From contig JAYRUL010000001.1 of assembly GCA_041919095.1 (NCBI GenBank), positions 21,779-85,778 of the forward strand: 64,000 nucleotides of DNA, given 5' to 3'. Position numbers and translations under genes: made by a program. A model generated the notes under the pieces. That model saw nothing but the letters and a program-made list of their open reading frames with translations, made no database searches and had not been told where the DNA came from. The number at the start of each line of letters is the position of its first letter. The stretch's first letter is position 1. Positions 9,673 to 23,371 of this stretch are shown one piece after another. Source of the stretch: Rhodoferax sp. GTDB taxonomy: Bacteria; Pseudomonadota; Gammaproteobacteria; Burkholderiales; Burkholderiaceae_C.

Positions 9673-10539
9673 CTATTTGGACGCCGGCCGTTTAGGTGCT
9701 GTTTGCAGTGCCGGGCCACCCATGCGCGCGTAAGCCGCATCCATCGCGTTGTTGAGCATCTTGGCGTCTTCGGAATCTGGCTCCAGTTGGGGTGCCAACT
9801 TCTGCCAGACCTGAATCGCCTTTTCAAACTGATCCTGGCTGAACAAAGCCGATCCCAGCAGCCACAATGCCATGGCGTTGTTCGGATCAAGTTGAATCGC
9901 CTTCTGAATCAATTCGAGGGGCTTGCCCTTGAAGCTGCCTTCGGCATTGCTGGCCAGGAGGTCCGCATACACCGCCAACAGCTGCGCATCCTGTTCGATC
10001 ATCGGCATGGCGCGTTCAAACGCCTTTTCCGCGTCCTGACTGCGCCCCAACATCTTGTACGACCGACCCAGCATGAGCCAGCCTTGCAAATTGTCAGGCT
10101 CCTTTTCCAGCTTGCGCTCCAAGCCCTCCACCATGCGGTCAATATCCTGCGCCGTGGGTCGTTTTTGCGGCCCATTGGGGTCCAGCGTGGCCGGGCTTCC
10201 TAGCAACAGGTAGAGCCCGGCTACCGCGAGCGGCAGGCCGATGCCCAGCGCCCACAAGGTGGTTCGGGGCGCGATCACCCGAGCGGCCTCTGTGTCTTGA
10301 ACGGCATCTTCCAGGACCCGACGCTGGAGCTCGGAACGTGCTTGTTCGTAGTCGGTCTGGGCCAGCAGGCCGTCGGCCAGATCGCGTTCCAAACGTGCAA
10401 ACTGATCCCGGTAAATGGCCGCGTTGAGTTGCTGACGCGATAGGGCCGCATGCGACGAAACGCTCCAGAAAGGCCGAAACAGCAAACCCACACCCAGCGC
10501 GACGCCCAGCAAGGTTACAAGCAAGAAAACCAACATCAC
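9673..10539 (-). CDS. ccmI: c-type cytochrome biogenesis protein CcmI/CycH (TPR)
   Basis: N-terminal TM, 'IYRDQ..RLERD', second TM and TPR repeats; last gene of the ccm operon. Confidence 0.9.
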   Translation of the reverse strand: MMLVFLLVTLLGVALGVGLLFRPFWSVSSHAALSRQQLNAAIYRDQFARLERDLADGLLAQTDYEQARSELQRRVLEDAVQDTEAARVIAPRTTLWALGIGLPLAVAGLYLLLGSPATLDPNGPQKRPTAQDIDRMVEGLERKLEKEPDNLQGWLMLGRSYKMLGRSQDAEKAFERAMPMIEQDAQLLAVYADLLASNAEGSFKGKPLELIQKAIQLDPNNAMALWLLGSALFSQDQFEKAIQVWQKLAPQLEPDSEDAKMLNNAMDAAYARMGGPALQTAPKRPASK

Positions 10540-11006
10540 CGTTCACCTTCCTGTAGCAGCGCTTCTGCGCGCTGGCGCTCTTCGTCGGTCAAAACCACCT
10601 CACTTGGAATATCCTGGTTACGCCGACGCAGATAGCGCATCAGCAGAAACACTCCGAGGATCGCCAGACCAAAGGGTCCTGCCCATAGCAGCCAGGTGCT
10701 GGGCTTGAGTGGAGGGCGGTACAAGATGAAGTCGCCATACCGATCCACCAGAAAAGTCTTGATTTCCGCATCAGACTTGCCTTGCTTGATGAGGTCGCGT
10801 ACTTCGCGTCGCAGGTCCATCGCAAGATCTGCCCGCGACCCCGCCAGAGATTCGTTTTGGCAAACCAGGCAGCGCAGTTCTTCGGAAATGGCAATGAGCC
10901 GCTGCTCCACGACGGGGTCTTCAGCCAGGGGAACAGCCTCTTTTGCAACGGCCAGACCCGCCCACAAGGTCAGGGCACTCAGTAGCCCGATCAGCAGATG
11001 TTTCAC
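10536..11006 (-). CDS. ccmH: Cytochrome c biogenesis protein CcmH
   Basis: LRCLVCQNE motif and 'RYGDFILY.PP'. Confidence 0.93.
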   Translation of the reverse strand: MKHLLIGLLSALTLWAGLAVAKEAVPLAEDPVVEQRLIAISEELRCLVCQNESLAGSRADLAMDLRREVRDLIKQGKSDAEIKTFLVDRYGDFILYRPPLKPSTWLLWAGPFGLAILGVFLLMRYLRRRNQDIPSEVVLTDEERQRAEALLQEGER

Positions 11007-11533
11007 GACTGGTTCAACCTGGTAATCAAGGGCACGATGGTTTCCGCCATGGTTTGCGCAGGAATAGGACCCACATGCTTGTAGCGGATGATGCCTGCCT
11101 TGTCGATGACGTAGCTTTCGGGCACCCCATAGACGCCGTAGTCAATGCCGACGCGTCCATCTACGTCGAAGGCAGTGACACTGTACGGATTGCCGCTGCG
11201 GCGCAGCATGGCGATGGCATCTTTGCGTTGGTCTTTGTAGGACATGCCTACAACCGGGGCCAACCCTTTGCGCGAAAAGTCAATCAAGACCGGATGTTCT
11301 TCGCGGCATGGGACGCACCAAGACGCCCACACATTCAACAGCCAGACTTTGCCCAGCATGTCAGTCGGAGAAAAGCTTTTGTCGGCATCGTCGAGCTGCG
11401 TCAGTTTGAATGCGGGTGCTGGCTTGTTGATCAATGGAGACGGTACCTCGCGTGGGTTTAAGCCCAATCCCACCGCCAGAAAGCCCACCATCACCACAAA
11501 CAGCAGCAAGGGTATGAGGAACTTGGTTTTCAT
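11003..11533 (-). CDS. ccmG: Thiol:disulfide interchange protein CcmG/DsbE
   Basis: WASWCVPC and GVYGVPES motifs. Confidence 0.93.
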   Translation of the reverse strand: MKTKFLIPLLLFVVMVGFLAVGLGLNPREVPSPLINKPAPAFKLTQLDDADKSFSPTDMLGKVWLLNVWASWCVPCREEHPVLIDFSRKGLAPVVGMSYKDQRKDAIAMLRRSGNPYSVTAFDVDGRVGIDYGVYGVPESYVIDKAGIIRYKHVGPIPAQTMAETIVPLITRLNQS

Positions 11534-13470
11534 GCGGCGGCCCCTTGACTACCCGCGAGTCGTGATTTGATGCGCAAGCGGTAGCGTCGATCGGACATGG
11601 CAATCAGCCCCCCCAAGGCCATGATGACGCATCCACCCCATATCCAGTCAACAAAGGGCTTGAAGTAGACCCGCACGGCCCAGGCCGTGCCCTGCAACGG
11701 TTCACCCAGCGAGACGTAGACATCCCGGGTAAAACCGGTATCGATGGCGGCCTCGGTCATCGGCATTGCCGAAGAAGCGTAGCTTCGCTTCTCGGGGTGC
11801 AAACGGGCAACCGGCTTGCCTTCGTAATGGACATCAAACGTACCTTGTGCAGCGACATAGTTGGGCCCTTGCACGTCTTGCACGCCAACCATGGTGAAGT
11901 CGTAACCACTCACCCGCACGGTATCACCGGGTTCCATGCGCACATCCTGCTCTTGCTGAAAGCCCCCCACCATGGTGACGCCAAATACGAAAACCGCCAC
12001 ACCCATGTGCCCAAGTTGCATACCCCAGTAGGACGCGGGCGGAAAGCCGGAGCGCAGGCGCTGCAGGACCTGCATCACGCCGGATGCCGCAAGCCAAACC
12101 GCGCAACCCGTGCCAATCGCAGTCAGCACACTCCAGCCTCCCATCGCATAGGGAATCCAGCCGGCTGCCAAGAGCGCAAGCGCGCTAGGAAGAACCAAGC
12201 GCGCCGCCAAGTGCGACAGCTCCGTTTGCTTCCAGCGCGCCAGCGGCACGACAGCAGCCAACAACATGACGGGCACCATGATGGGCACAAAGACCGCATT
12301 GAAATAGGGCGCACCCACCGAAATCTTGCCGAGCTTCAAGGCATCCATGATCAAGGGATACAGGGTACCCAGCAACACCGATGCACAGGCCACGACCAAC
12401 AGGACATTGCCGGTCAGAAGTAACGATTCACGCGAAATCAGCGCAAAGCGCCCACCAAGCGCTACTTTTGGGGCACGCCAGGCAAACAACGCCAACGAGG
12501 TCCCAACCACCAAGACCAAAAGGATCAAAATGAAAATGCCCCGGCGCGGATCGGTAGCGAAGGCATGCACCGAAGTCAGCACGCCTGATCGCACGAGGAA
12601 CGTACCCAGTAACGACAGCGAGAACGCACCGATCGCCAGCAAGACCGTCCAGCTCTTGAAGCTGCCACGCTGCTCGGTCACCGCAAGCGAGTGCAGCAAG
12701 GCGGTTCCCAACAACCAGGGCATGAAGGAGGCGTTTTCCACCGGGTCCCAGAACCACCATCCACCCCAACCCAATTCGTAATAGGCCCACCAAGAACCCA
12801 GTGCGATGCCCAGCGTCAAGAACACCCAGGCCGCAATTGTCCACGGGCGCGACCACCGCGCCCAGGCCGCATCCAATCGTCCCGACAACAGGGCCGCGAT
12901 GGCAAAGGCAAAGGCCACCGCAAATCCGACATAGCCCATGTACAGCATGGGTGGATGGAAGATCAAGCCCGGGTCTTGCAGCAAGGGATTCAGATCGCGC
13001 CCGTTCTCTGCAGCAGGGAGCAGGCGCGTGAACGGGTTGGAAGTAAACAGAACGAAAAGCAACAATCCCACCATGACCAGGCCCAACACGCCCAGCACAC
13101 GCGCAACCATGGCTTCGTCCAGGGTACGGGAAAACTGCGCAACTGCCACCGTCCAACCCGACAACATCAGGACCCACAGCAACAACGAACCCTCATGCCC
13201 ACCCCAAACAGCCGCCAGGCGGTAAGGTGTCGGCAGATCAACATTGGAATGCTGTGCGACATACTGCACGGAGAAGTCATTCGCGTAGAAGCCCCAGGTC
13301 AGACAGACAAAGGCGAGAAGCATTGCCCAGAATGACGCATGCGCAGCAGGTCGCGCCAATACAATCCAAGCGTACCGTCCCGTATGCGCACCGACCAAAG
13401 GCAAGATTCCCTGCACCATGGACACACACAGGGCGAAGATCAGGGCCACGTGCCCAAGCTCGGGCGTCAT
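11530..13470 (-). CDS. ccmF: Heme lyase CcmF
   Basis: WWD domain '[12 protein letters not shown]' and 'SVHAFA'. Confidence 0.96.
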   Translation of the reverse strand: MTPELGHVALIFALCVSMVQGILPLVGAHTGRYAWIVLARPAAHASFWAMLLAFVCLTWGFYANDFSVQYVAQHSNVDLPTPYRLAAVWGGHEGSLLLWVLMLSGWTVAVAQFSRTLDEAMVARVLGVLGLVMVGLLLFVLFTSNPFTRLLPAAENGRDLNPLLQDPGLIFHPPMLYMGYVGFAVAFAFAIAALLSGRLDAAWARWSRPWTIAAWVFLTLGIALGSWWAYYELGWGGWWFWDPVENASFMPWLLGTALLHSLAVTEQRGSFKSWTVLLAIGAFSLSLLGTFLVRSGVLTSVHAFATDPRRGIFILILLVLVVGTSLALFAWRAPKVALGGRFALISRESLLLTGNVLLVVACASVLLGTLYPLIMDALKLGKISVGAPYFNAVFVPIMVPVMLLAAVVPLARWKQTELSHLAARLVLPSALALLAAGWIPYAMGGWSVLTAIGTGCAVWLAASGVMQVLQRLRSGFPPASYWGMQLGHMGVAVFVFGVTMVGGFQQEQDVRMEPGDTVRVSGYDFTMVGVQDVQGPNYVAAQGTFDVHYEGKPVARLHPEKRSYASSAMPMTEAAIDTGFTRDVYVSLGEPLQGTAWAVRVYFKPFVDWIWGGCVIMALGGLIAMSDRRYRLRIKSRLAGSQGAAA

Positions 13471-13907
13471 GGCTTTTCTGCCTTACCCTGGGACTGGGCT
13501 TTGTCAAGTGCATGCTTGGCTTCCGGCGGCATGTAGTTTTCATCGTGCTTTGCCAGAACCTCGGTGGCTACATACGTACCCTGCGTGGACGCTTTGACCT
13601 GTACCACCGCGCCTTTCCCTTCTTTGAACAAGTCCGGAAGGATGCCGGTATAGGCCACGGGAATATCGTGCGCGGTATCGGTAATTACAAAATGCACGGT
13701 CAGATTGTCGCGGCGCAAGGAGCCTTCCTTCACCAATCCGCCAATTCGAAACGCCTGTGCTTTGGGAGCTTTTCCTGCAGCGACATCGGTTGGCGTTACG
13801 TATAACGCAATATTGCTATTGAGCGCATTCAGCACCAAGGCAGCCGCGATGCCCACCGCAGCCAGTCCTGCGCCGATGACTGCGGCGCGTTTCTTCCAGT
13901 TTTTCAC
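13467..13907 (-). CDS. ccmE: Heme chaperone CcmE
   Basis: 'LPDLFKEG' and 'LAKHDENY' motifs. Confidence 0.95.
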   Translation of the reverse strand: MKNWKKRAAVIGAGLAAVGIAAALVLNALNSNIALYVTPTDVAAGKAPKAQAFRIGGLVKEGSLRRDNLTVHFVITDTAHDIPVAYTGILPDLFKEGKGAVVQVKASTQGTYVATEVLAKHDENYMPPEAKHALDKAQSQGKAEKP

Positions 13908-14092
13908 GTTCTGTCCTGTTCGAGTTTTTCGGCCCGCAGTTGCCGCTGCAAGGTAAGAGTGATGGACTTATGACGCGCGCGTGCCATGAAAGGTTCCACC
14001 AGCATCACCACCACACAGAGGCCAAAGCTACCCCAAACGTAAAGGCCATATCCGCCCATGGCCCAAAACTCAGTCATGGAGTTCCAATTCAT
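13904..14092 (-). CDS. ccmD: Heme exporter protein CcmD
   Basis: [24 protein letters not shown], positioned between ccmC and ccmE. Start reassigned to 14092. Confidence 0.9.
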   Translation of the reverse strand: MNWNSMTEFWAMGGYGLYVWGSFGLCVVVMLVEPFMARARHKSITLTLQRQLRAEKLEQDRT

Positions 14093-14838
14093 GCGCGCAC
14101 CTCCGAGAGCTGGCGGACCCAATCGGTGTGGGATTCGCGCTCTAGCATGATGGCGCGCACCCGCATGAGCGAAACAGCAATGGAATACATCCAGAAACAC
14201 AACGCCATCAACAGCATGCCCCACAGCATGGTCGCCGCCATGCTCGGCGATTTGTTGATGGAGACGGACGCCCCCTGGTGGAGGGTATTCCACCAAGTCA
14301 CGGAAAAGTAAATGACGGGCACATTTACGACGCCTACCAGGGCGAGCACCGCGCCCGCTTTATCGGCGCGCCGTGGATCGTCAATCGACGCCTGCAAGGC
14401 CATGAATCCCAGGTACAGAAAGAGCAAGATCAATTCGGAGGTCAGGCGTGCGTCCCATACCCACCAGGTTCCCCACATGGGCTTGCCCCAAAGCGCACCC
14501 GTCCACAAGGACAAGACGGCCATCAGTGCACCGGTGGGGGCCAGCGCTTGCGCCATCATGCTCGACAAGCGCGCGTTCAAAGAAAGTCCCATGGCCGCCC
14601 AGCCCGCCATGACGATATAGATGAACATGGACATCCACGAAGCTGGCACATGCACGAAGATGATGCGATAGCCTTCCCCTTGTGTCGCATCGGTCGGCGC
14701 GACAAAGAAGCTCAGCCACAATCCCGCCGCGCCAAAAATGGCCGCCAAAAACCAAAAGATCGGAATCAACCGCCCGGCCAGAGGATAAAAGGTTTGAGGG
14801 CTGGAAAACCGAAACCAATTGAACATGCGTTGCGTCAT
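14089..14838 (-). CDS. ccmC: Heme exporter CcmC
   Basis: 'WGKPMWGTWWVWDARLT', 'HVP', 'TLHQ'. Confidence 0.95.
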   Translation of the reverse strand: MTQRMFNWFRFSSPQTFYPLAGRLIPIFWFLAAIFGAAGLWLSFFVAPTDATQGEGYRIIFVHVPASWMSMFIYIVMAGWAAMGLSLNARLSSMMAQALAPTGALMAVLSLWTGALWGKPMWGTWWVWDARLTSELILLFLYLGFMALQASIDDPRRADKAGAVLALVGVVNVPVIYFSVTWWNTLHQGASVSINKSPSMAATMLWGMLLMALCFWMYSIAVSLMRVRAIMLERESHTDWVRQLSEVRA

Positions 14839-15500
14839 TCCAATGCAATCCTTAGACCCGCGGTCGCTGCCCACGGTGCAAAAAACAATGCCAGCGCCAA
14901 TAACGCGGCCAACAATGACAAGTGACCGTTCGCCCCCAGACCGGCGATATGCGACTGCACCGCTCCAGCGCCAAAAATCAGGGTAGGTATGTACAAAGGT
15001 AATACCAGCAGACTCAAAAGTACGCCACCACCACGGACGCCCAAGGTCAGTGACGCGCCGATGGCTCCAATCAGCGACAGTAGTGGAGTCCCCAACAGCA
15101 GCGCCGCCATCAGCACGCCTAAGGCTTCACTATCCAAATCAAACTGAAGACCCAGCACGGGTGCAATGAGAACCAAAGGCAATCCACAGACCAGCCAATG
15201 GGCGGTGATTTTGCCAAGAACCATCAGCACCAATGGATTTGGGGATATCGCCATTTGTTCCAACGTTCCATCTGCATGGTCCGCTGCGAACATGCGCTGC
15301 AGCCCCAGCATGGTGGCAAGCAACGCGCCTACCCACAGGACGCCGGGTGCGATTTTGCGCAGGAGCACAGGTTCCGGACCGATGCCCAATGGGAACAAGC
15401 TGCTGACGATGACAAAGAAAAAAAGCGCAGTTAGAACCTCACTCTTGCGCCTGGCAACCAACAGCAAATCCCGACGGATGACGCCCAAAAACGCATTCAC
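14835..15500 (-). CDS. ccmB: Heme exporter permease CcmB
   Basis: 'DGTLEQM' and 'LPLYIPTLIFG' motifs, multi-TM. Confidence 0.95.
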   Translation of the reverse strand: MNAFLGVIRRDLLLVARRKSEVLTALFFFVIVSSLFPLGIGPEPVLLRKIAPGVLWVGALLATMLGLQRMFAADHADGTLEQMAISPNPLVLMVLGKITAHWLVCGLPLVLIAPVLGLQFDLDSEALGVLMAALLLGTPLLSLIGAIGASLTLGVRGGGVLLSLLVLPLYIPTLIFGAGAVQSHIAGLGANGHLSLLAALLALALFFAPWAATAGLRIALE

Positions 15501-16102
15501 AGCACTAGCTCCCGACCACCTGGCAAGGACAGTGGCTGGTGGCTCGTCAGCACGGCCATGGCCCCCTGCCCGACGTGGTCCGCAATGAGCGCAGAGAGCA
15601 GTTCGACGGCCTTGACGTCCAGTGCCGTGAACGGTTCGTCCAATATCCAGAGACGCGCTTTACTACAAAGAAGACGCGCCAATGCCACACGACGTCTTTG
15701 ACCGGCCGACAGCACTCGCACCGGCAGATCTTCGCGCCCTCTGAGCCCCAAGCGGTACAGTGCCGCCATGTAGTGTTCAGGTGGCCAGCGCATGCCGTCC
15801 AATGTGGATACAAAGCGCAAGTTCTCAAAGGCTGTCAAGTCGTCCTTGATAGCACTGAGATGTCCAAAATAGAGCAAGTTCTCGTGGTAGTTGCTGTCTG
15901 AATGACGAATGGGCAAACCAGACCAGGAAATCTCACCTTGCTCTGGACGGGACAGCCCCGCCAACAATCGGAGCAAGCTGGTTTTACCCGCGCCGTTTTC
16001 TCCTCGGACATGTAGCCATTCCCCCGGCGCAAGATCAAAGTTCAACGCTGTAAAGAGAGTGCGCTCTCCGCGCACACATTGCAATCCCCGAACACTTAGC
16101 AT
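15497..16102 (-). CDS. ccmA: Heme ABC exporter ATPase CcmA
   Basis: Walker A GENGAGKT, LSAGQ signature, 'LDEPFTALD'. Alternative start at 16174. Confidence 0.93.
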   Translation of the reverse strand: MLSVRGLQCVRGERTLFTALNFDLAPGEWLHVRGENGAGKTSLLRLLAGLSRPEQGEISWSGLPIRHSDSNYHENLLYFGHLSAIKDDLTAFENLRFVSTLDGMRWPPEHYMAALYRLGLRGREDLPVRVLSAGQRRRVALARLLCSKARLWILDEPFTALDVKAVELLSALIADHVGQGAMAVLTSHQPLSLPGGRELVL

Positions 16103-16310
16103 GGAGAGGTGAGCGGTCTTTCTTTGCCGCAGCCGGGTGGCGTGTTCATACCCGGGCGATATGGCGGTTGGCACATAGGGGTTTATTCTACCGCTGGCGC
16201 CCTACTTTATAGACGCTGTCTCTAGGTGAGCCCGCCTCTACCCTGCGTACTGGACGCCCCCGCCCTATAATCCGCGCCTGCTGATCAATCCCCGCCCCCC
16301 AGAGGAAAGT

Positions 16311-16829
16311 ATGTACAAGAACGACGCTTCAACTGTGCAGTGTGTTGTCCGCCCATTAAGTCAGCGGGGGGGAGTGGTTTTGACTGTGCTATTTTCTTTC
16401 TTGGTGCCGCTCGCCGTTGTGGCAGCCTTGGTACTGTTCTTTGTATCCAAGACGCCTTCAGCGACCGGTCCGGCTTTCTCTGAGAAGGCGATTGCAGATC
16501 GGCTCAAAAAGATTGGGTCGCTGGAGCTCCGGGATGCCAATCGCCCGATGAAGTCCGGCGAACAGGTTTTTCAGACTGCCTGTGTGGCTTGCCATGGGTC
16601 CGGTGCGCTCGGCGCGCCCAAACTAGGGGACGCTAGCGCTTGGGGTCCGCGTATCAAGTCCGGTTTTGATGCCCTGTTGCAGTCTGCGCTTAAAGGCAAA
16701 GGCAATATGTCGGCGCAAGGCGGTGGCGCTTTCGACGATTTTGAAATCGCTCGCGCAGTGGTTTACATGGCCAATGGGAGTGGTGGCAAACTAGCAGAAC
16801 CTGTCAAAGCAGAGGGCGCTGCCAAGTGA
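16311..16829 (+). CDS. Membrane-anchored cytochrome c5-family protein
   Basis: TM helix, CVACH heme motif, 'GAPK.GD..AW.PR', axial Met; divergent from ccmA. Confidence 0.88.
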   Translation: MYKNDASTVQCVVRPLSQRGGVVLTVLFSFLVPLAVVAALVLFFVSKTPSATGPAFSEKAIADRLKKIGSLELRDANRPMKSGEQVFQTACVACHGSGALGAPKLGDASAWGPRIKSGFDALLQSALKGKGNMSAQGGGAFDDFEIARAVVYMANGSGGKLAEPVKAEGAAK

Positions 16830-16849
16830 ATGGCAAAGAACCATCTCGC

Positions 16850-17386
16850 CTAACGGTTGTCTCTGGCGGGGCTTGCGACGAAGCCGTACTTGTCAGTCAG
16901 TTCTTTGCGCAAAATCGTTGTTAGCGTCCAATCTCCGTGCGCGATGCGTTCGGCGGCAACCCCTACGTCTTGGGAGTGGACAACTCCAATTCCGATCGAC
17001 GATTGCAAATAAAGCCAACCGTGGTCGTCGGTCAACGCAACGGGACTGTCAAAGGCCCGTCCTGTGTGGGTAACTACGTTTCCGTTGGGTTCCAGTCGCA
17101 GCACCCAGGGTGTTATTTCTAGCTCGACGTAGACGCGCTGCGGTCCATTCTGAAAATACCAGCGCCCCTGTGCGTCGGCACTGTAATTACGCCCTATGAA
17201 TGCAATCAACCCCTCGTGCTCCAGTCGAGAGCCTTTTGCACCAGGAATGCAGCTAGCAAATCCACCTAAAGCCTGTGTTCGATCATCACGCATATACCAG
17301 TCGCCACGGGCATCCAGTCCGAGCCAACCGTAACAAGCGGGCACATTGGGCCATTTCAGCATGGCCTGTCTGACAATATCGTCCAT
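16850..17386 (-). CDS. DUF2944-like conserved betaproteobacterial protein
   Basis: 'MDDIVRQAMLKWPNVPACYGWLGLDARGDW' and 'FQNGPQRVYV'. Confidence 0.8.
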   Translation of the reverse strand: MDDIVRQAMLKWPNVPACYGWLGLDARGDWYMRDDRTQALGGFASCIPGAKGSRLEHEGLIAFIGRNYSADAQGRWYFQNGPQRVYVELEITPWVLRLEPNGNVVTHTGRAFDSPVALTDDHGWLYLQSSIGIGVVHSQDVGVAAERIAHGDWTLTTILRKELTDKYGFVASPARDNR

Positions 17387-17506
17387 GTGTTCCTCGACTG
17401 CGTCGCAACTTCCGGCCAATTGCAAGTGTAGTTATAGCCGGTTGGAATGACCCGTTATCTCGTACCGTCCGACCGAGCGGGCGTACTTTTGCAGACACAG
17501 CTATGC

Positions 17507-17531
17507 AAAAAACAAAACCGCCCGAAGGCGG
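17507..17531 (-). terminator. Rho-independent terminator of the atp operon
   Basis: ccgcc-cgaa-ggcgg hairpin with an adjacent A-tract (U-tract on the minus strand), just after atpC. Confidence 0.7.
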
Positions 17532-17555
17532 CCTTGAGTGCTAGTGCAAAGTAGC

Positions 17556-17972
17556 TTATTTCTTCTGGCGGAACTTCCGAAGCGCAGCTATCTGCGCAGC
17601 CATGACTGCCAATTCGGACTGTGCACGCGCCAGATCAAGCTCGCTCTTGGCGTTCTTGACTGCTTCCTCCGCTGCAGCTTTGGCTGCGTTGGCCTTTTCA
17701 TCGTCGAGATCTTTACCGCGAATTGCAGTGTCGGACAGAACGGTGACACAGTTAGGCTGCACTTCTAGGATGCCACCAGCAACAAAGACAAACTCCTCGC
17801 TGCCGTCGGCCTTTTCAATGCGAACCGATCCAGCCTTGATGCGCGTGATCAAGGGTGTATGGCGGGGGTAAATACCCAGTTCACCAGCTTCACCGGGCAA
17901 AGCCACAAAGCGGGCCTCGCCTGAAAAGATGGAATCTTCGGCACTAACCACATCTACGTGAATGGTGTTCAT
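17556..17972 (-). CDS. atpC: F0F1 ATP synthase epsilon subunit
   Basis: '[12 protein letters not shown]', 'GGILEVQP'. Confidence 0.97.
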   Translation of the reverse strand: MNTIHVDVVSAEDSIFSGEARFVALPGEAGELGIYPRHTPLITRIKAGSVRIEKADGSEEFVFVAGGILEVQPNCVTVLSDTAIRGKDLDDEKANAAKAAAEEAVKNAKSELDLARAQSELAVMAAQIAALRKFRQKK

Positions 17973-18023
17973 TTTTTCCCTAATCAGTTGGGAGCAAGAA
18001 CCAAAGTTCGCTCCGCAAATCCA

Positions 18024-20350
<2,327 letters not shown>

Positions 20351-20404
20351 AGTTGCCCCTCTTGCTTAGACAGATTCGTAAAGGTTGCTTTTTACCGTTG
20401 CGAA

Positions 20405-21958
20405 TCAGGCAAACGCCTTTTTGAAGGCTTCCACGGCTGCCAGCAATTCGGCTTCCGCCTCTTTGTCCAACGCCTTGGTAGCTTCTACTTTGGCGAGCAG
20501 GGCTGCGTGCTTGTCCTTCAGATGAGCGTGCAGTCCGTGTTCAAAGGACAACACCTTTTTCACGTCCACATCATCCATGAAACCCTTGTTCACGGCGAAC
20601 AGTGACGCGCTCATCAGGCTGATGGACAGGGGGCTGTATTGTTTTTGCTTCAGCAGTTCGGTCACGCGGGCACCGCGGTCGAGCTGCTTGCGGGTGGCTT
20701 CATCCAGGTCGGAAGCGAACTGCGCGAACGCCGCCAACTCACGGTACTGGGCCAAGTCGTTACGGATACCACCGGACTGACCCTTGACCACCTTGGTCTG
20801 CGCTGCAGAACCCACGCGGGACACCGAAATACCGGCGTTGATCGCGGGGCGAATGCCAGCATTGAACAGAGAAGTTTCCAGGAAGATCTGGCCGTCGGTA
20901 ATCGAGATCACGTTGGTCGGCACGAAGGCGGACACGTCACCGGCTTGAGTTTCAATGATGGGCAGCGCTGTCAAAGAACCGGTCTGACCCTTGACTTCAC
21001 CCTTGGTGAAGGCTTCCACGTACTCGGCGCTCACACGGGCGGCACGCTCCAACAGACGGCTGTGGAGATAGAACACGTCGCCGGGATACGCCTCGCGACC
21101 TGGGGGACGGCGCAGCAGCAACGAAACCTGGCGGTAGGCCACAGCTTGCTTGGACAGGTCGTCGTACACGATCAGGGCGTCTTCACCGCGGTCGCGGAAG
21201 TATTCCCCCATGGTGCAGCCGGAGTAGGCCGACACGTACTGCATGGCAGCCGATTCGGAAGCCGAGGCAGCCACCACAATGGTGTATTCCATCGCGCCAG
21301 CTTGCTCCAAGGCACGCACCACGTTCTTGATGGAAGAAGCCTTCTGGCCGATCGCAACGTAGATACAGGTCATGTTCTGACCCTTCTGGTTGATGATCGT
21401 GTCGATGGCGACGGCGGTCTTACCCGTCTGGCGGTCACCAATGATCAGTTCGCGCTGACCACGTCCCACGGGAACCATGGAGTCGATGGACTTCAGGCCC
21501 GTCTGCATGGGTTGATCCACCGACTTACGTGCGATCACGCCAGGGGCAACCTTCTCGATCACGTCCGTCATCTTGGCGTTGATCGGGCCCTTGCCGTCGA
21601 TCGGCTGACCCAGCGCATTGACTACGCGACCTTTGAGTTCTGGACCAACGGGCACTTCCAGAATACGACCGGTGCACTTGACCGTGTCGCCCTCGGAAAT
21701 GTGCTCATATTCACCCAAGATCACGGCGCCCACCGAGTCACGCTCTAGGTTCAGAGCCAGACCAAAAGTCTGAGCACCATCTTTGGCGGCCGGGAACTCC
21801 AGCATTTCGCCCTGCATCACATCGGACAAACCGTGGATGCGAACAATACCGTCGGTCACAGACACCACGGTACCCTGGTTGCGAATATCGCTATTCACGG
21901 CAAGGCCTTCGATACGGCTCTTGATCAATTCAGAAATTTCAGCGGGATTGAGTTGCAT
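20405..21958 (-). CDS. atpA: F0F1 ATP synthase alpha subunit
   Basis: GDRQTGKT, '[23 protein letters not shown]'. Confidence 0.98.
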   Translation of the reverse strand: MQLNPAEISELIKSRIEGLAVNSDIRNQGTVVSVTDGIVRIHGLSDVMQGEMLEFPAAKDGAQTFGLALNLERDSVGAVILGEYEHISEGDTVKCTGRILEVPVGPELKGRVVNALGQPIDGKGPINAKMTDVIEKVAPGVIARKSVDQPMQTGLKSIDSMVPVGRGQRELIIGDRQTGKTAVAIDTIINQKGQNMTCIYVAIGQKASSIKNVVRALEQAGAMEYTIVVAASASESAAMQYVSAYSGCTMGEYFRDRGEDALIVYDDLSKQAVAYRQVSLLLRRPPGREAYPGDVFYLHSRLLERAARVSAEYVEAFTKGEVKGQTGSLTALPIIETQAGDVSAFVPTNVISITDGQIFLETSLFNAGIRPAINAGISVSRVGSAAQTKVVKGQSGGIRNDLAQYRELAAFAQFASDLDEATRKQLDRGARVTELLKQKQYSPLSISLMSASLFAVNKGFMDDVDVKKVLSFEHGLHAHLKDKHAALLAKVEATKALDKEAEAELLAAVEAFKKAFA

Positions 21959-22008
21959 GACTCTTTCCTTCTTTCATTAAATTTAGGCCGACAACCCAGG
22001 CAGATGCC

Positions 22009-22539
22009 TTAGGCCGTGAGGGCAACTTTCATTTGTTCCAGACGAGCCTTGACCGAAGTGTCCAACACCTCGTCACCGACCACCACGCGAATGCCACCAA
22101 TCAGAGCCGGCTCCAACACCACCGAAGGGTTGAGCTTGCGACCGAAACGCTTCTCGAGCAGGGCAGCCACTTCCGTCAACGCAACGCCTTCAATCGGGAA
22201 AGCGCTGAACACGACGGCATCAGACGAACCCCGCTGCGCATTCACCAGAAAACGAAACTGGTTCGCCACTTCCGGTAACGCAGCCAATCGACCATTCTCA
22301 ATAACCGTTCGCAGGAAATTCTGTCCCTGTTGCGGCAAGGGCGTTTTCACCACCGAAGCAACCAAGTCAAAGACCTGCTGCACCGAGGCTTTCGGGTTGT
22401 CGGCAAACTGCAGCAATTGCGCGTTGCCAGCAATGACTCCGAGTTCTTCCACCCATACTGCAGCACCAGACAAGTCTGCAGCACAGGCCTTGAACAGCGC
22501 CTCGGCGTAGGGACGTGCAATTGTTGCAAGTTCTGCCAT
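22009..22539 (-). CDS. atpH: F0F1 ATP synthase delta subunit
   Basis: '[11 protein letters not shown]', 'LIGGI'. Confidence 0.97.
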   Translation of the reverse strand: MAELATIARPYAEALFKACAADLSGAAVWVEELGVIAGNAQLLQFADNPKASVQQVFDLVASVVKTPLPQQGQNFLRTVIENGRLAALPEVANQFRFLVNAQRGSSDAVVFSAFPIEGVALTEVAALLEKRFGRKLNPSVVLEPALIGGIRVVVGDEVLDTSVKARLEQMKVALTA

Positions 22540-22548
22540 GACGCCCTC

Positions 22549-23019
22549 TTACAGTTCGGTCTTCAGTCGGCTTAGCAGATCGGCGTGAACGCCCGCGTTG
22601 ACCTCCTTGCGGAGAATCTGCTCAGCGCCCTTGACGGCCAGCGCAGCCACTTGCTCACGCAGGGCTTCACGGGCCTTGATCGCCTGCTGATCGGCCTCGG
22701 CCTTGGCAGCTGCAATGATCTTGTTGGCTTCTTCCGTGGCCTTGGCCTTGGCCTCTTCCACGATTGCCTGGCCACGACGCTCGGCGTCGGCCAAACGCGC
22801 CGCAGTTTCAGTCTTTGACTTGGCCAATTCGTCTTCGACGCGCTTATTAGCCGACGAAAGTTCGGATTTAGCCTTATCAGCCGCAGCCAGTCCGTCGGCA
22901 ATCTTGCTGGCACGTTCGTCCAATGCGGCCGCGATGGGCGGCCACACGAACTTCATCGTGAACAGAACAAGCAATGCGAAGACGATGGCTTGCGCCACCA
23001 GTGTTCCATTAATGCTCAC
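22549..23019 (-). CDS. atpF: F0F1 ATP synthase subunit b
   Basis: '[12 protein letters not shown]' followed by a coiled coil. Confidence 0.97.
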   Translation of the reverse strand: MSINGTLVAQAIVFALLVLFTMKFVWPPIAAALDERASKIADGLAAADKAKSELSSANKRVEDELAKSKTETAARLADAERRGQAIVEEAKAKATEEANKIIAAAKAEADQQAIKAREALREQVAALAVKGAEQILRKEVNAGVHADLLSRLKTEL

Positions 23020-23057
23020 AGTAGTTCTCCCTCAACAACGAGGTGTTGCGGACGGAT

Positions 23058-23330
<273 letters not shown>

Positions 23331-23371
23331 TTAAGAACGTGGAAACAAAGAAAACAAACTAGCGAAAAGGA

